NCBI GenBank assembly: GCA_947453625.1
Contig: CANGHK010000022.1
Span: 4,121 to 68,120 of the forward strand
Reading direction: 5' to 3'
Length of the DNA: 64,000 bases
DNA from: Burkholderiales bacterium
GTDB taxonomy: Bacteria; Pseudomonadota; Gammaproteobacteria; Burkholderiales; Burkholderiaceae_C
This document shows, piece by piece, positions 61,031 through 64,000 of the stretch. The stretch's first letter is position 1. Each line of letters starts with the position of its first letter. Under the pieces are notes generated by a model that saw only the letters and a program-made list of their open reading frames with translations, was not told the origin of the DNA and did not search any database. A program made the position numbers and the translations under genes.

Positions 61031-64000
61031 TCAGCCGCGCCGCCGACGCACCAGTCCGGCCGACAGGGCCATTCCGGACAGCATCAGGCCATAAGTGGCC
61101 GGCTCAGGCACGGCAGCGGTCACGTCCTGCGTGGCCTGCAGCCACACATCACCTTGAGCCCGATCGTAGACAATGTTGAACGCGCCGGTGGCGAAGCCGC
61201 TCATCGTCAGCCCGGCGAACGACGAGTTCGTCAGCGTGCCGGTCGAGTCGAGCACCAGGATCATGTCGCCGACGCTGAAGTGGCAACTGGCGTAGCACGA
61301 CAAGGCCAGCAAGCCGGCCGGGGCGACATTGCCGCTGACCGCCAGCAGATCGTGGCTGGAAAGGCTCTGGAGATCGAGATCCAGGCTGCTCGTCGAGCCC
61401 AGCGCCAGCGTGTGGCCTATCGTCAGTGTTGCCGGCGCACCGCCAGCGGCCCCCGGCGCCAGATGGCCATTGTTGCTCAGCGTGCCGGATAGCGCGAACT
61501 GGCCGGTGCCGGTCAGCGTTCCGACATTGACGAAGTTGGACGGCAGCGCGATCGTACCGCTGAGCACCGACACCGTGCCGCTGTTGGTGAAATCGATGCC
61601 CGAGACCGAACTGGTGCCGCTGCCCCCCGCGGTCTTGACCAGCAGACCCTGATTGTCGAAGTGGCCTCCGTAGCCACCGTCGAGCAGGCCGACGTCGGCT
61701 TGCAGCTTGTAGACCCCCTGGTTGACGACTGCCGCGCCGTTGTAGAAAGAGAGGTCGCTGGTGGCAACGACCACGCCCTGGTTGGTCAGCACCGTGCCGG
61801 GATTGGTCAGCGCCTTGGTGTTGCCGGCCCGCAGGTTCAAGGTCGCGCCGCTGTTGACCTGCCAGTGGCCCACCAAGTTGCCGCCGATCCAGTTGACAGG
61901 ACCGTTGAGCAAGGCCCCGGTAGTCCCGCCGCTGTTATGCACGCCGCCAGTCAGGCTCAGGTTTCCGGTGACGTTCTGGGTGCCGGTCCAGGTGGCGCTG
62001 GACGCCACCTCCACCTGGCCCGCGCCGCTGAAGATGCTGCCGTCGCCGAAGTTGAGCTCACCGCCCTGGAACAGGATGGTCCCGGTCTGGGCCTCGATCG
62101 TGCCGGTGTTGTTGAAGCTGAGGCCAGCGATCCTGCTGTTGGCGTTGCCGGCGGTCTTGCGCAAGGTCGCGTTGTTGGTGAACTGGCCGCTGTAGCCGCC
62201 GTCGCGCAGGCCGATGTCGCCCTGCAGGCTGTAAAGACCTTGATTGGCCACCGCAGCGCCGTTGTAGAAGAACAGATCGTCGGTGGCGGCGACCGTGCCC
62301 TGGATGGTCAGCACCGTGCCGGAGTTGACGACGGTCTTGGTGGTGCCGGCTTGCAGGTTCAAAGTCTTGCCGCTGTCGACCTGCCAGCCACCCACCAGAT
62401 TGCCGTCGCTCCAGTTGACAGGGCCGTTGAGCTGGACGTTGCTCCCGGTCTGGATGCCTCCGGCCAGCGTCAAGGTGGTCGAGACGTTCTGGATGCCGGC
62501 CCAGTTGGCGCTGGCGGTGACCCGCACCTGCCCGTTGCCGCTGTAGTTGCTGCCGTTGTTGAAGTTGAGTGTCCCGCCCTGGAACAGCAGAGTGCCGGTC
62601 TGCACGTCGATCGCGCCGCTGTTGTTGAAGGTGATGCCGTCGATCGCGCTGCTGCCGGTGCCGGCTGTCTTGCGCAAGACAGCGCCGTCAGGGTTGTTGA
62701 AGGTGCCGCCGTAGGCCACGTCATGCAGGCCGACATCGCCTTGCAGCGCGTACAGGCCCTGGTTGGTCAGCACGCCGCCGTTGTAGAAAAACAGGTCATC
62801 GATGGCAGCGATCGTTCCGAGATTGGTCAACACGGTCCCGGCGTTGTAGATCACCTTCTGGCTGCCGCCCTGCAGGTTCAAGGTCTTGCCATTGTTGACC
62901 TGCCAGCTGCCGGTCAGATTGCCGCCGCTCCAATTGACGTTACCGTTGAGCAGTACCGCGCTGCCGCTCTGGGTGCCGCCGGTCAGGCTCAGGCTACCCT
63001 GGATGTTCTGGGTCCCGGCCCAGGCAGCGCTCGACCCCACCACGACCTGGCCGGCAGCGCTGAAGGTGCCGCCGCCGTTGAAGTTGAAGGTGCCACCCTG
63101 GAACAGGATGGTGCCGGTCTGCGCATCGATCGTGCCGCTGTTGTTGAAGGTGATGCCGTCGATCGCGCTGTTGCCGCTGCCGGCAGTCTTGCTGAACACA
63201 CCGCTGGCCTGGTTGTTGAAACTGCCGCCGAAGGCCGCGTTGTGCAGACCGACGTCGCCTTGCAGCTTGTACAGCCCCTGGTTGGTCAGCACGGCGTTGT
63301 TGTAGAAGGACAAATCGTCACCGGCGTTGACCGTGCCCTGGTTCAGCAGCAGGGTGCCGGCGTCGTGGACGATCTTGCTGCCGCCGGTCTGCAGGTTCAG
63401 GGTCTGGCCGGCGTTGACCTGCCAACCGCCCTTCAGGTTGCCTTTGGTCCAGTTGACGACCCCGGTGACCTGCGCGCCGCTGCCGGTCTGGGTGCCGCCG
63501 GCCAGGGTCAGCTGACCGGTGACGTTCTGCGAGCCGGACCAGGACGCATCGGCTGTCACCACCGTCTGCCCGGCGCCACTGAAGCTGCTGCCACCGGCGA
63601 AGCTGAGCGAGCCGCCCTGGAAGAGCAGCCGGCCGGTCTGCACGTCGATGTTGCCGCTGTTGCTGAAGCTGATGCCGTCGACCGTGCTGTCGAGCGTGCC
63701 GGCACTCTTGCGCAGCGTACCGCTGTTGCTGAAACTGCCGCCGTAGGCCCCGTTGTGGATGCCGAAATCGCCCTGCAAGTCGTAGACGGCCTGGTTGTCG
63801 ACCGCCGCGCCGTTGTAGAAGTAGAACTGGTCGGTGGCGGCGATCATGCCCAGGTTCGTGAGCTTGGTGCCGGCATTGGCGACCTGTTTGGTGCTGCCAC
63901 CCTGCACCTTGAGGGTCTGGCCGCTGTTGACCCGCCAGTCACCCGCCAGATTGCCGTCGGTCCAGTTGACGATGCCGTTGAGCTTGACCGCGCTGCCGGT
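61031..64000 (-). CDS. very large repeat protein with C-terminal PEP-CTERM sorting signal (N-terminus lies beyond the window)
   Basis: The C-terminus 'VPEPATYGLMLSGMALSAGLVRRRRG' has the PEP motif, a TM helix and an Arg cluster. The body consists of at least 5 tandem units of 171-174 aa (e.g. '...NWSGGNLxGxWQVNxGKTLNLQ...FYNGAxxxNQGLYxLQGDVGLH...LRKTAG...IDGITFNNSGTIDxQTGTxLFQGG...'). The reading frame stays open to nt 64000; the track start at 63907 is only an internal GTG. Confidence 0.85.
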   Translation of the reverse strand, partial: TGSAVKLNGIVNWTDGNLAGDWRVNSGQTLKVQGGSTKQVANAGTKLTNLGMIAATDQFYFYNGAAVDNQAVYDLQGDFGIHNGAYGGSFSNSGTLRKSAGTLDSTVDGISFSNSGNIDVQTGRLLFQGGSLSFAGGSSFSGAGQTVVTADASWSGSQNVTGQLTLAGGTQTGSGAQVTGVVNWTKGNLKGGWQVNAGQTLNLQTGGSKIVHDAGTLLLNQGTVNAGDDLSFYNNAVLTNQGLYKLQGDVGLHNAAFGGSFNNQASGVFSKTAGSGNSAIDGITFNNSGTIDAQTGTILFQGGTFNFNGGGTFSAAGQVVVGSSAAWAGTQNIQGSLSLTGGTQSGSAVLLNGNVNWSGGNLTGSWQVNNGKTLNLQGGSQKVIYNAGTVLTNLGTIAAIDDLFFYNGGVLTNQGLYALQGDVGLHDVAYGGTFNNPDGAVLRKTAGTGSSAIDGITFNNSGAIDVQTGTLLFQGGTLNFNNGSNYSGNGQVRVTASANWAGIQNVSTTLTLAGGIQTGSNVQLNGPVNWSDGNLVGGWQVDSGKTLNLQAGTTKTVVNSGTVLTIQGTVAATDDLFFYNGAAVANQGLYSLQGDIGLRDGGYSGQFTNNATLRKTAGNANSRIAGLSFNNTGTIEAQTGTILFQGGELNFGDGSIFSGAGQVEVASSATWTGTQNVTGNLSLTGGVHNSGGTTGALLNGPVNWIGGNLVGHWQVNSGATLNLRAGNTKALTNPGTVLTNQGVVVATSDLSFYNGAAVVNQGVYKLQADVGLLDGGYGGHFDNQGLLVKTAGGSGTSSVSGIDFTNSGTVSVLSGTIALPSNFVNVGTLTGTGQFALSGTLSNNGHLAPGAAGGAPATLTIGHTLALGSTSSLDLDLQSLSSHDLLAVSGNVAPAGLLALSCYASCHFSVGDMILVLDSTGTLTNSSFAGLTMSGFATGAFNIVYDRAQGDVWLQATQDVTAAVPEPATYGLMLSGMALSAGLVRRRRG

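Overview
High-GC chromosomal segment that looks like a Betaproteobacterium of the order Burkholderiales. This guess rests on three Bug/TctC-type binding proteins, a PEP-CTERM protein and overall gene content; no database search was possible. I can support about 50 protein genes, 1 pseudogene, 2 tRNAs and several repeats or regulatory candidates. Most long ORFs antisense to these genes are Arg/Ala/Gly/Pro-rich shadow ORFs typical of high-GC DNA and were ignored. Many ORF-track starts were moved to internal ATG/GTG codons that have a Shine-Dalgarno sequence. Content: (1) a MalT/LuxR-type regulator translationally coupled to an FrhB-family Fe-S flavoprotein. (2) Two acyl-CoA catabolic clusters (6.6-15.1 kb and 47.4-53.7 kb) with acyl-CoA dehydrogenases, crotonases, a CoA ligase, a type III CoA-transferase, a tandem-hotdog thioesterase, Bug binding proteins and TetR. 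(3) A housekeeping block: usp, ZIP transporter, ppx-sixA-ppk1, polA, thrB, valS, galU, tusA-like, cysM, tRNA-Leu, rhomboid. (4) Accessory or odd items: a reverse-order PIN/RHH toxin-antitoxin pair; a (GGTT)14 microsatellite touching a start codon; a decayed alkyl-sulfatase gene; a four-gene phosphorelay ending in an HD-GYP protein with strongly AT-rich promoters next to tRNA-Asp; a modular ~85-bp GC-rich repeat family at three loci; an FtsX permease plus AttH-like gene pair with no ATPase; a degenerate GGDEF protein; and a very large PEP-CTERM repeat protein that runs off the window. I see no CRISPR array, integrase, transposase, recognisable phage-defence operon or biosynthetic cluster. The best candidates for something undescribed are the HD-GYP phosphorelay island with its pseudo-receiver/Hpt protein, the modular repeat family that contributes coding sequence, and the microsatellite leader. 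All functional interpretations are inference from motifs read by eye.
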